A stretch of DNA of 64,000 nt from assembly GCF_018350175.1 (NCBI RefSeq), contig NC_058373.1, positions 107,882,001 through 107,946,000 on the forward strand. The letters run 5' to 3'. This document shows positions 26,440 through 38,650 of the stretch, piece after piece. The notes under the pieces were generated by a model, which did not search any database, was not told the DNA's origin, and saw nothing but the letters and a program-made list of their open reading frames with translations. This DNA is from Felis catus. Taxonomy: Eukaryota. Position 1 is the first letter of the stretch, and every line of letters starts with the position of its first letter. Made by a program: the position numbers and the translations under genes.

Positions 26440-26651
26440 GGGGCACTTGGGTGGCTCAGTGGGTTACATGTCTGACTTGGGCTCAGGTCATGATCTCAGT
26501 GTTCGTGAGTTCGAGCCCCGCATCGGGCTCTGTGCTGACAGTTCAGAGCCTGGAGCCTGCTTCAGATTCTGCATCTCCCTCTCTCTCTGCCCTTCCCTGC
26601 TCACACTGTTTCTCTCTCGAAAATAAAAAAACATTAAAAAAAATTTTTTTT
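26440..26651 (+). mobile_element. Can-SINE, within an ancient antisense L1 (~26180-27320) that also carries a MIR (~26910-27125)
   Basis: Full head-body-tail; degenerate TSD aaataactgcagagt / aaatagttgcatagt. Confidence 0.92.
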
Positions 26652-28328
26652 AAATAGTTGCATAGTATCCCAAGACCAGGACATAATTTATATAACTTGT
26701 TTCCTATTGTTATACATTTAGATTGTGCCTAGCATTTTTATTCCAATCAATGTGGCAGTGAGTCCCCTTGTACTTTTATCTTTACGTATTGTTCTTTTAT
26801 TTCTGTATGACATACTGTTAGCAGTGGTATTGTTTGGGCAGTGGTATGTGCATTTAAAATTTTGACTGAGTCCAATTGGCCTTCTTCCCCCTAGCAGTTC
26901 AAGATAGCTAACATTTTAACACCTATATACCAGGCACTGTTCTAAGTGTCTATGAACATGGTCTCACTTAATCCTTAGAGTAGCCCTGTGAAGTGAGTTC
27001 TGTTAACACCACTCCCATTTTTCCAGAGAAGGAGACTGAGGCCCAAAGAAATTTAGCTTCCGAGAGATGGAGGTTTTGACACTGGGCAGCCTGACTGTAG
27101 AGCCCAGGCTCTTGTCTCTTGCTTGCCATATTTTTAAATGTACACTTTGAAGCCGTGCGTGAGGCCTCTTTCCCCCGTTGTCCCATCGCACCATGTAGCC
27201 TATCATTTTGATGATCAGAGAGATTTACAAAATGGTTTCTTCAGAGTCCTAATTGGCATTTCTGGAACTGTGAGTGAGGCTGAACATTCATTCGCAGATG
27301 TGTAAGGATCACTTGCGTTTAAACACGTTGACCCTGTGCAGCCTGGAGGTGGGGGTGGCAGGCAAGCCTAGGAGCTGGGAGACAGGATGTATGAAGAGCG
27401 TGTACTCTCATGCCAGCCAAGCATACTGAAAGGAGCTGGGGAGTCGGTTAATGCTCCTTCCGCTCATGGTCTGCGCTCAAGGAGGCCACACCCTCCTCAC
27501 CTCATGGTCCGTGGTTCCGTAAAACAGCCCTGGAGCCCGCACTGCCCCTGCTGCCCTGCCTGATTCTGGGCTGCCCGTTCCTGGCTTCCTTGGACGCTCC
27601 AGTTATGCTCATCCTCTTCGCTTCCTGGAGAAGCCTTGAAATTCTATTTCCTGTGCTCTGTGCTTTGCCTACACAAAGCCCTCCTCACCTCTGCCATCCA
27701 GCGATTATCGCAGAGGGGAATAGGGTGACAGCTCAGGCTTGAAAACAGCCTTGTCAAGAAGGATGGTATCATTTGATGGAAACCAGTTGTCTGCCTGCAT
27801 TTCAGGCTTGAGCCTCAGGCTTCTACCGTGAATCACACAGCCAAACAGGGCTACACTCAGATCATCTTTCCACGGCCTGAGCCAAAGAGTGGATGGTTTT
27901 CTATGATATTGAGTTAGATGATCTAAACTGGCTGATAACCTTTGAATCAGACAGTTGACAGGCAGGTAGTGAACTCAGTCTGGTGGGGCAGTGGCCATTA
28001 TTTAAAGTTACTCTAATGAACGAACAAAGAAGTGTCTCACTCTCAACTCCAGGGGACTTCTGCCTGCCAAAGGAGATCCCTATGATTCTATAGAAGCCGT
28101 CAGAAGTCTCACCACAATTAGATGGTGTTATGGTAGAATAGAACAAGAAATAAGCCTGGAAAACACTGAGAGCCCAGTGAAAATAGCATGAAGAGTGCAT
28201 AGTTTTCTGGAAAAATATAAATTATACAATATAACAAGTTATTGGTGGCCACACCGAATTTCTACAATGTTCAGCAGGTGAAATCTTAAGCATTGGCGGT
28301 TTATTTTTCCTAGTGATAGTTTCATGTG

Positions 28329-28347
28329 TGGCCACGAGGTGGCAGTC
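28329..28347 (+). promoter_or_regulatory. Candidate CTCF binding site
   Basis: TGGCCACGAGGTGGCAGTC fits the CCAC-x-AGGTGGCAG core; lies in apparently unique sequence. Confidence 0.55.
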
Positions 28348-28895
28348 GTTACCGCATGGTGATTTTATTTCTCCACCCGAGCTGAGAACCGACACAGGGG
28401 GTTAGAATTTGTGTTTTGCAGTAGATGTCTCCAAAGCAAAGGATAAAAGAAATTTTCCCCTGCCCTAAGTCTAGATGATAAAGGAGAGAGGACCGACTTA
28501 AAGAAGGAACTGAACTTGCCTCATGCTGAGATAGAGATACACAATTTTTATTTTGCTGTAGTTTATTCCTTCTCTCCAGTTGGCAAGGTATTACACTCCT
28601 TACTATGCATGGTATTTATTTGCTGTGTCTGTCAGAAATCCTCAGTAACTATCTCCATTTGCTGTTGAAAAAGATAACTGTAAAGAATAGAAGATGTTAA
28701 TTACTATAAGGAATTGCAGCAGATTCGTTACATTTTAGCTACTCAGTTTGGCAGGTCATGGCCTCTAAAACGAGATGCTAATCTGTGTGTTATGCTGAAC
28801 TGTTAGCGTCAGCATTTAGAAGTGAGCCGAGGTGAGGTCCTGGGGTCACATCCCAGCTGTCTACAAAGTATTGTCTCATTATAAAGACCATTAGA

Positions 28896-29105
28896 GGGGT
28901 GCCTGGGAGGCTCAGTCAGTTAAGTGTCCGACTTCATCTCAGGTCATGATCTCACGGTTCGTGGGTTCAAGCCCTGTGTCGGGCTCTGTCCTGACAGCTC
29001 AAATTCTGCTTCAGATTCTGTCTCCCTCTCTCTCTGCCCCTCCCCTGCTCACACTCTGTCTCTCTCTCTCTTTCTCAAAAATAAATAAACATTTAAAAAA
29101 AATTA
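28896..29105 (+). mobile_element. Can-SINE
   Basis: Full element; TSD aaagacc(a/c)ttaga on both sides. Confidence 0.92.
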
Positions 29106-29920
29106 AAAGACCCTTAGAGAACTCTTACTCTCTCCTGTCCATCCCTGTGGAATGAGTGTCCCTGGGGCCTAGAGAAAGGGAACAGGAAACTTGCAGAGGC
29201 AGAGGGTCGCTTAGACTGTAAGTAAGGAAGACAAGGTTCACCTCTGGGTCAGGCTGACCCTGGAGCTGCCACTGTGCTTTGACCCATCAGCGCACATGTC
29301 ATTGATTCAGCATCTGCCTAAGCACCTCCTGTCTGCCTTGGCTCCCCTCCAACCTGTTGCTATAGAAGCATCATTGCCCTTGGAAGTGGAAGACCTGAGT
29401 TCTTCCAACTTTGTTTTCCTCTGAGTGGCTGAAGTCTACCTGAAAATTCTTTTGAGCTTTAAAGTTCTCATGGTTAAGATGAAAGAAGGATTGTGGTGAG
29501 GACCAAAGGAGAGAATGCAGAAATGCTTTGTACATGTGCAGCACTATTCCAAAATGAGTAAGACTCATTGCTGTGATGACTGCCTCCTTCCTTACACCAA
29601 AGAAAAATGTCCTGGGGCTTCCCAGGGGCCAGCATAGACCCCATATAGAGGGTATAGTAAACCCCTAATAGTAGGACTTTGGGAGCCACTCTAGTTCTTG
29701 GCAAACGCACAAAGGTCAATTTCAAATTGGTAGATAATTTATCAAGTTTGCTTCATAGGATTGTGTGCTCATAAATTACTGCCTTCAATTTTTTTCCTAA
29801 TACTGCAGGTTACTCACAAATACATAATTAAATTGCCATCATCATACATTGGCGATAGCATAATTCCTAATAGTTTATGAATAATTTGATAATCTAGATC
29901 AAAACTCATAAAAGTATTTA

Positions 29921-30134
29921 AATTTTTTTATTTAATGTTTATTTATTTTTGAGAGAGAGAGACAGAGTGTGAGCGGTGGAGGGGCAGACAGAGAAGGAGA
30001 CAAAGATTCTGAAGCAAGCCCTAGGCTCTGAGCTGTCAGCATAGAGCCTGATGCGGGGCTCGAACCCACAAACCGCAAGATCATGACCTGAGCTGAAGTC
30101 GGACGCTGAACTGACTAAGCAACCCAGGTGCCCC
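29921..30134 (-). mobile_element. Can-SINE
   Basis: Full reversed element; degenerate TSD beginning ctcataaaa. Confidence 0.92.
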
Positions 30135-30765
30135 CTCATAAAAATGTTTATACTCTGGGATCTGTTGATTTTATTTCTGAAACTAGCCTAAGCAATAGAA
30201 ATAAACGTTATATATAAAGACGTTTAATTTTTCAGTGCACCATTTATAATAGGAAAATATTGGAACCAACTTGAGCATTCAGCAACAGTTTACTTAAATA
30301 ATAAAATACTTAAATGTGATGAAGATTTTTCAGCTGGTAAAGAGATAATGAATAATAAGCAGTTGAATGACAACGTGTCATAAGCACCTAGCATGTATTA
30401 TTTATTGCTTACGCTTCTTACAACAGCCCTGTAAGATAGGTACCATTATTGTCTTCATTTTGCTGAATGATAAAGTCCTGAGGACTTAAGTCCCTTGCTC
30501 AAAATCTAATATAGTAAATGGTGGAGCTAGGAAGTTAGAGCCCAGGAAATAATACAGAATTTATGATGATTGGTAGTGTATATCCACATCAGGATCTGCC
30601 CCAGATGGTGAATGGGCAAACCTAGCTCCTCCAAAAAGAGACAGGAAGGAAATTATGTGAAATAAACTACCAGGGATGGAATGAAGGTAGTGACGTGGCG
30701 GATGGTTTTTCTTCTTTGTTCTATTTTCTGATTTGGGTAATGTGACTATATTTCTTTAACGTTGA

Positions 30766-30802
30766 GGGGGGGGGATGGGGGGTAGGGGGATGGGGGGGAG
30801 GG
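30766..30802 (+). other. G-quadruplex-forming G-run cluster
   Basis: G9-AT-G6-TA-G5-AT-G7-A-G3. Confidence 0.7.
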
Positions 30803-32019
30803 CACTGTGGGGGTGCAGGCCTAGTGAACACTGCCTTCCCAGACTCTTCCAGGTTCTATTCCCTTCACACTCCTTTCGTCTTCATCAGTGGCTCTGGTGT
30901 CAGCAGCTGAGCATCCTGGCATTTACGGCCCGGAATCCAGGCCTCCCCACCCCCATCCCCAGCTCCCAGGGGCTGTCCACTGGCTCTCCTCCTGGAGCCT
31001 CAGCTGAGTGTGAAGGGAGGAAAGAACAAAGACGGGGCAGTAGCAGGAGGGGGAGTGGCAAAGTAAATACTGGTCAGATGCCTTAGCCTTTGTTCAGAGA
31101 CCCAGTTTATTGAAGCAAAAATTTCCATTTGGAAGACATAAGACACGCTGTGCCCGGTGCCCAAGAACTGCCTGTCCGTCATCCGCAGGACCCGGGCCCA
31201 GGTCAGAGAGACAAGCCACAGCAGAGCCTCTCTTTTTGGGATTGCTCCGGTCTGTGTTTGCAACCTGCTGCGTTCAGGGGGGCCACAGGGTGCATGGTCC
31301 CTTCCTTCATGAGGACAGAAGCCCAATGCTCTCATTTTCTACCCCCACCCCTCCTTCACTTGTCAGTGTTTCCTCGGGACATCTGGGCTGCCGGGGAGGG
31401 CCCAGGGTGTCCGCCTGCACAGGTTATCCACGAAGCAGTGCACCTGGAATGCTGGCAGGGACACAGCTTTGCATAAGAAGCCACTCCTCAAATATTGGTC
31501 AACAAAGCAGAAATCCTCCTTCCCAAGGTTAAAGTGTCCGGGAAACTTGTGTGCTACATGCTGTCCGCTTACACAACTGGTGCACAGTGATTTCCATGTA
31601 CTTAAGTCACCCTTGAAATACGTTATGAAAACTGTCTGGCAACGTGAGTGCTTGGGGACATTATTCTCTCCCTTGCAGTTATACCGTTGTATGAAGTATC
31701 AGGAGTGTGTGTGTGAGAGAGAGAGACAGACAGACAGATGAGATAGCAAGATAGTCACGTGGCTCTGGAAGGAATCTTCCAGAATTTTATCAGGCAGGTG
31801 GCTCCGCTGCTGCCTTCAGTGTCAGAGCTCTGAGTTCTGCTGGCTTAACTAGTAGTCCCCTTGTTTTTAAGAAGGTCCTTTCATTAGAGTTTTTTTTTCT
31901 GTATAAGCCCCTCCACCTGAAAACGTGTTTTTTGTTTTTTTTCTGTCAATGGGCCCATTGGTGCAGAGAGTGACCCTGCAGTTAGCTTTGCGCAAGTGGT
32001 GGGCGGGAAGCTGCAGCCT

Positions 32020-32270
32020 GCCCCAAAGCCCCACGGCCCTGCACGGCCCTGCTCGGCCCTGCACAGCCCCACACCCCTGCATGGTGCTGCAGCCTTGCAC
32101 AGCCCTGCTCAGCCCCATGGCCTTGCACAGCCTCACAGCCTTGCACAGCCCTGCACAGCCCTGCTCAACCCCACAGCCCTGCACGGCCCTACATAGCCTC
32201 ACAGCCCTGCACAGCCCCACACAGCCCTGCACAGCCCTGCGCAGCCCTGCTCAACCCCCGCACAGCCCTG
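32020..32270. repeat. GC-rich minisatellite, ~10-bp unit GCACAGCCCT with 8-bp variants
   Basis: Roughly 25 degenerate tandem units directly visible. Confidence 0.9.
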
Positions 32271-32719
32271 ACTGCATTCCAGTCTCTCCAGCTCTTTTTC
32301 CCTTTCCTGAGTGTTTAGTGGGTATTTGGCGGCGGTCACCAGGCCTGTTTGTCTGCTGATCTGCGGCTAGCAACTGGCCTAAGGGAAGAGAAGGCACACT
32401 TGGCCCCAGGAGAAGCATTACCCATGGTGCCCTGAGTTACAGTGACATCCAGACGAGGGGCAGAGACCCTGTGAGGTGAGGAGAGGGGAAGGTGCAGCCA
32501 AAAGAGCTAGAAAGGACAAGGGTTCTGAAGAGGCCTCTGTTAATGCCTTCAGAGAGCTGGTCAATTCTTGGAGCCTGGAGGGTCCCAGTTTGGTAGAGGG
32601 GGTGGGCGAAGAAGAAATGGAGGCAGCAGCTACTGTTCATTGAGACTTTAGTGTGTGTTCTAGGTGCTCATTCATTACCAGTGCCTGTACAACTGTGCAT
32701 GTGGGCATTTCATAAATAT

Positions 32720-32900
32720 CTGTTGAATGAAATATCTCATTTAATACCCTCAATAGTCCAGGGTGGTGTAGATACTATTATCTTCATTTTAAAGATCTGG
32801 AAACTGAGAGGTCCAGAGAGGTTAAATAATTTGCCCCCAAGCATACTGCAAGCAAGAGTTAGACCATGGATTCTTAACCAGGTCATCTGGCTTAATACTC
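32720..32900 (-). mobile_element. MIR SINE
   Basis: atctcatttaataccctcaa...ggaaactgagaggtccagagaggttaaataatttgcccc. Confidence 0.7.
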
Positions 32901-34000
32901 TATGCCGTTACTTTGAAAATACCTCAGATAGAAATGTCTCCTCCCTGGAATGTGTACAGCTGAGAAGAGTGTCATTAGACAGGAATAAGGGCAGTTTTTC
33001 ACAATACATAGTTTTGTAACCACCTAAGGATATTTCCCCTTATCTGTTTGGAACTAGGTTTCCTCCTTTCCCTGAGCAATGACGGCCACAAATACTATTT
33101 GGTCTGCTTATGGGTCATGTGTTAGAGTTTGCCTTTGGCTCAGATCGAAATAGAAAATGAGCCAGAACATGGTGTTTCCCAGTTGGGCATGTTCCCAGCT
33201 TATTAGTAGTGCTCCATCTGGGGACAAAACACACACAGACCATCTCCAGACTCTGGGTTTGTGTGTGTGTGTGTGTGTGGGGGGGGGTTCATTTGCGACC
33301 TTTGCTTCTGTCCTCTTGGGCTTTCTGTGGCCAAATGGGGCCATGAAAATGAATGGGGAAATAGGAGAATCTGAAGTTCGTGCTGTTCCTTTGGCTCTCC
33401 CTGCTCGGGTAGGACTGCCAGGGGACTTGGTGTGACAGAGGGGTTTGAAAGAGCTGGCGTGCTTCTCAATTCGAGGTCGTTGGGCTGTAACTGGCCTTGT
33501 TGTCACTAGCCATCACCCACCTGACGATCTGGAGATCGTGTAGACCTGCCACTTCCATATTCGGTAAGCTGGTTCATGGATTGTGTGTAATTTCCCTCCG
33601 TGTATCCAAGACTTGCCCTGTTCACAATGGGCCCTGTGCTTCCCTATGACTGTCCAAGCTTGGTGGTGTTAAGGGCTTTGTTGGACTTTTCCCTGACTGT
33701 GACTGGGAACCTGCCAGACTATAGATGCTCTGGCCCCAGCAGGGCCCTGTGTTGAAGCACTGGGCTTGAAGTGCCAGGGTTGGCTTCAAGGAGGAGAATG
33801 CGATGGGCCTTTTGCCAAATAGTTCAGTGAAAAGTCTGTCAGCTCAGGATCACGCTGACTGCTAGCAAGAGAAACAGTCCTTTGAATCCTCAGTCTGATT
33901 GGGAAGAGAGGATTCACGCACATGGAAAAGCGTACGGTAGAGAGCATGGAGTAAACACAGTCATACTACAAAAGGAAAGGTAGCTGAAGATGAACACTCC

Positions 34001-34263
34001 AGGGCTCCCAGGTGGCTCAGTCGGTTAAGCGTCTGACTTTGGCTCAGGTCATGATCTCCTGGTTCGTGAGTTCGAGCCCCGCATTGGGCTCTCTGCTGTC
34101 AGCACAGAGCCCCTTCGGATACTCTGTTCCCTCTCTCTCTCTACCACTCCCCCTCTCTCTCTCTACCACTCCCCCTCTCTCTACCCCCTCCCCTGCTTGG
34201 GTGAGCGCTCTCTCTCTCTCTCTCTCTCTCAAAAATAAACAAACATTAAAAAATTTTGAAAAA
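34001..34263 (+). mobile_element. Can-SINE with an internal triplicated ctctctaccactccccc unit
   Basis: Head ggtggctcagtcggttaagcgtctgac; TSD-like gaa(g/a)atgaacact. Confidence 0.92.
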
Positions 34264-35039
34264 GAAAATGAACACTGAACCCCGGTGAAATCTTTCCTAC
34301 GTCCTGCCAATCTTTCCTCAGAAATGTAACCAGAATGGCTACAAGGCTAAGTAACTAGCATCTGAGCTGTAAGCAACACCCAGGGGCCGCCTGCAGGTGT
34401 TTCCCTCAGAAGTTGGATTGAGTCCTACCAAGACTGGGGCATTCAGGCCAAGGCCTAAAGCTACACTCGTGAGTGGCTGGGGGGCGTCCACCCCGCCCTG
34501 ATGATAGAACTGTGCACCATGAAAACCTGACCGCGGCTCACACGCAAACCATAGACTGCAATATATTCTAATTTTGAAACACTTGAGTTTTCTGTAACTA
34601 CTTCATCACTCGTAAGTGCCCAGCTGTGTCCCTCTTCCCTCAGTCCAACAACTGCCTATCCAGGGCCTCCCAAGACAGAATCAGCCTTGTCTGTGCGTAT
34701 AATCTTAGCTCAACTGCAAGTGTACCGAATTGCTGCTGGCCGGTGAGGCTAGAAGGTGTTTATTCAATCAGCAAATGTGCACTGAGTGCCTTCAAGGTTT
34801 CAGGCTCTGCTGTTAGCCCTGAGGATGCCAGCAGTGAACAAAACAGACAACACGCAACTCTCCCCTCATGATGCTGAGGTTCTCCTGGGGAGTCCGTGGG
34901 CCTGAATAGGCTGTTTATAATGTCAAATCAGCTGGCGACCCTCCTTGGTGGGTTGGTCACAGAAGCAGTTCTGGGATTTCCGTATAGCATAAGCTCAGAG
35001 CAGCCATGTGCCTAGAAGAGAGTCTAAGGGACTTGTCTT

Positions 35040-35328
35040 TTTTTTTTTTTTTCCGAGTCTCATTGGCATATAACTAGTTTCGTTAGTTTCAGGTGCACAA
35101 CATAGTGGTTCAACAAGTTTGTATGTTATGCTGTGTTGGTGGGAATGTAAATTGGCACAGCCACTGTGGAAAACTGTACGGAGACGCCTCAAAAAATTAA
35201 AAATAGAAATGCCATATGGTCCAGTTAAGTCCGCTCTTGGGTATTTACCCAAAGAAAACGAAAACGCTAATTCAAAAAGGTATGTGCCCGCTTACGTTTA
35301 TTGCCGCACTATCTACAATAGCCAAGAT
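35040..35328 (-). mobile_element. Short carnivore L1 insertion with 5' inversion
   Basis: Poly-T plus antisense L1 3' terminus (35040-~35130) joined to a sense ORF2 piece CWWECKLAQPLWKTV (~35131-35328); imperfect TSD agggacttgtctt / agggcgcttgtctt. Confidence 0.8.
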
Positions 35329-36557
35329 AGGGCGCTTGTCTTGAGGCTACATTTGCATTTGAAGCACACTCCTGTTTTTACCTGGGCACAGTGGATCTAG
35401 AACCTGGTGAAGATCCCGGGTGGCTCAAGCTGTCAGCGCGACCTCTGCTTGGCGATGGGTCCGTTAGCACTGCTGGGCTTGGGGGCTCAAAGCAGGAGGC
35501 ATAAGCGGAAGGGCAGCAGCCCAGCCCAGCCTGCTTCCTTGCTCCCCGCTGCCATTGTACGGTTATTCTCATCCCACTGGGGAAACCGGCCTCTTCACTG
35601 ACGGTCCCTGCACGGGGCTGCCGAGACACCAGGCTCCCCCACGTTAACCCCGTGCCATCAAGACTGACTCTGCTGGTGTGCAGGGCTCTTCTTCACCCCC
35701 TTCCTGCCTTCTGTTGTCAGCTGATACCTTGGCTCATCAGCAGCCCTCCCTGCCTCTGCTGGAGGGCTTGGGCATGCCCAGTCTTCCCTTCGGGCCACCC
35801 AGGGAGTTCCTGTTTCCTTTCTGCGGAGGCATCCAACTTGTAGCTTATTTGTACTGCAAAAGAGCCTGCTGTATCTCTAGCTCACTCCTGCCTGCTTCTT
35901 TAGGATATTTTGTAATGATTTATGGCTTAGGTGTCACGAAGGGATCCTTGGAGCTTTTCCCAGAGTCTCTTAATTCCATTCTCATGGTATATGAGATTTT
36001 AAACATTAAAAATGATGTAATATCGAATTCCCAACTAAAACACAGGGGGAAGGTCAGTCCAGCACAATTCCTCCCTTTCCCACAATGCATGCGGTTCCCT
36101 TCCTCAGCGGTGGACCTTGGGAAGCACCTTCGGCTGCTTCCTTGTGCTTCCTCTCTCCTCCTCACTCCCAGGGAGCCCTGAGTTATGATGACCTTGTGAA
36201 GTGGGGACTAGCAGCAAGCCCAGACCTTCTAAACCAGGGTCTATTTACCGGTGAGTGAAAGGCAGTTCGAAATGAGTCAGATACCACCAACGTCAGGAAC
36301 AGATACGGCAGAGCTGACCTAGACACTGGTTAAAGTTCTTCTGGAAGCCTGTAGAATTGAGGGACTGATCATTAGATTTGTCCCTTTGTACTTGGGTTTC
36401 AGAACAGATAGGAAGCAGGAAGCTTGTTTCCACCTGGCTCAGAACTTTATCCCCACTACCCTGACCTTCACCCAACAGGCCAGACAGTTTTAACAATCGA
36501 ATGTCTGGTGAATTTTCAAACTTCCTCGTAAAAAACATTCACTTATTTGCATAGTGT

Positions 36558-36735
36558 CAGGTCATTTTCCTGCTCCTGACATTTGGGGCAGGATAATCTT
36601 TTCTTATGGGGGATTGTCCTACGCATTGTTGGATCAGAGGCATCCCTGGCCTGTGCTCACTGCATGTGAGCTCCCTAGTTGTCTCCAGATGTTGCCAGAT
36701 GTCCCCTGGGTGGGGTAGGGGAAAGGAAACCACTG
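36558..36735 (-). mobile_element. MER20 (hAT-Charlie DNA transposon)
   Basis: tgacatttggggcaggataat...gcatccctggcct...tgtctccagatgttgccagatgtcccctggg...aaccactg follows the recalled MER20 consensus. Confidence 0.75.
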
Positions 36736-37589
36736 CCTTATATGAATATCAGGTGGTCTGTCCTAGATACAGAAAGTTAAATGGACTAGAAGATCACGTT
36801 AGTCTTTACAGGGACCAAAGCAAAGTGTGTTAAATACTCCTCATAAAATTATAAGCATTTTTTTTCTCTTCTGACTTTGAGACAGGCAAAGTTCCTGCTT
36901 GGGGGCCTGTAACAGTTCTCAGTGGCTGCACTGAGGCATTTGCTCAGTCTCGGGCCCTGGCTGGGAGGAAACTGGGTGCAAGCGTAGCGGGTCTGTTGAA
37001 TGTGAGCCAGGGTTAGCACACTGCCAACAGCTCTGAACAGCAAAGCCTGCTGCGATAAGGCAGACGTATCAGAGCCTGGGGCGTCTAGGGAGCCAAAGAT
37101 TAGCTCGGCGAGCATATATTTACAATGGGTTATATTTAAAAGCAAGAGATTGAAATAGCACAGCGTCTCTTGTTTTGGCATCGAATGATTTGCTTCCACT
37201 TTGCCATCAAGGTGTTGAATCAGTAACTTTTTATGAAAATCGTCTCCACCCTGAATTGCAAAGGGTGCCAGCCTATCTGTGAGTCAGATTCCATCCCATG
37301 TGTGATGCGTATGACTGGATTTTACAAGCAGAGATCATCAAAGCTTTAAGAAACATTTCTCAACCAGTGTAGAAAAATGTGCCAGTAGCAATCCCAGTGT
37401 GCTTTGGGGGAAGCATGCTTGCTATTTTCTTTTGTTTGCCATACAGGGAAAATGCTATTTCAACTTACAGTTACAGATACTTTAGATACCTCAGAACTGA
37501 GTGCTGTCTAAATATTGAAAGTAGACTCTAACCACTGGACACGTTGGCTGTTTCTATATTGAATGGTACTATTATGTCTATCTTGTATT

Positions 37590-38420
37590 TCTAATTCACT
37601 TCAGTAAATGTTTCCTTAGGGCACATTGTGTGCCAGGGACTGAAAGCAATAAGGAGAAACAAAATGTGGACCTGCCCTCTAGTTGCTTTCAGTCAAGGAT
37701 CATCTTAAACACAGACACCTATGATCATGGGATAGAAGAAAAGTCATGACTTGGCCCTTGCGGAGGTTGAAAGGGCTCTGAGAGAAAGAGCAGTCTCAGC
37801 TGTATTTTGAGGATGCATCTGAGCCCTACAGTCATAGAGGCTGAGGAGAGGACACAGGACGGGCCTCCCGGACAGAGGTGATAGCAATGCAGAGGCACAG
37901 AGGATTAAAATGTATGGTATGCCTAGGACACCCCAAATAAGTCGATGCAGCAGGATTGTAGGAGGGGAAATGTGGGTAGTGATGAAGCAAACTCATCATG
38001 GGCCTGCCATCCTTTGCAAAGGAACTTAGATTCAATCATGGAGGTGAAGGGTGCTAGCAAGGGTTTTAAGCCAGAGGACAATGGAAGACGTGCATTTTAG
38101 GAGGTGGCTCTCTGCAGAAAGAGGAGACCGGGGATAGCAGATCTGGTAAGGATGCTGAAACAGGGTCCTGTCAGACCTGCTTGCTCCAAGGCAGCGGTCA
38201 CTGAGTGGAGTCAAGGACATACTAAGGAGGTGGAATCGATAGGACTTTTTAGGGTAAGAGAGTGGGAGGAGTGGTCACAGTTCTGGTCAGTTGGGAGCCT
38301 GGGGGAATAGAGTATGATGAATTCACTTTGCAGGAAGCCAAGTGGTAAGATGTTTGTTGCTCAGAAACATGGTTCAGATGGGAAATTGGATTTTGGTGTC
38401 CTCAGTGTCCTCTGGGTATA
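37590..38420 (-). mobile_element. Ancient L2 fragment
   Basis: attcacttcagtaaatgttt...tgtgtgccaggga...cctgccctc and later aaggaggtggaatcgataggact. Confidence 0.6.
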
Positions 38421-38438
38421 TAGTAGAAAGTGTAATTT

Positions 38439-38650
38439 TTTTAGTATTAAAAAAATATTAATTTATGTTGAGAGAGAGAGAGTGCATATGAGTGGGGGAG
38501 GGGCAGCGATGGGGGAGAGAGAGAATCTCAAGCAGGCTCCACCCTGTCAGTGCGAGCCCTACACGGGGCTCGAACCCATGAACTGTGAGATCATGATCTG
38601 AACCAAAATCAAAGCCAGACACTCAACCGACTGAGCCACCCAGGCACCCC
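38439..38650 (-). mobile_element. Can-SINE
   Basis: Ends ...gagccacccaggcacccc; TSD-like aaa(g/a)tgtaattt. Confidence 0.92.

Noticed and set aside
32020..32270. CRISPR-like array or metal-response-element cluster
   Set aside because: No unique spacers and a mammalian context; units read TGCACAG/TGCACGG, not the MRE core TGCRCNC.
31867..32359. Overlapping 121-144 aa ORFs on both strands
   Set aside because: Open only because the GC-rich minisatellite lacks stop codons; repetitive low-complexity translation.
35678..36181. Longest ORF in the window (167 aa), and similarly 550..960
   Set aside because: No recognisable domain or exon structure; length is compatible with chance in 64 kb.
36558..36735. 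MER20 as an insulator or hormone-responsive element
   Set aside because: The CCACTAGATG-like core recalled from the consensus is degraded here (ctcactgcatgtgag); no sequence support for function.
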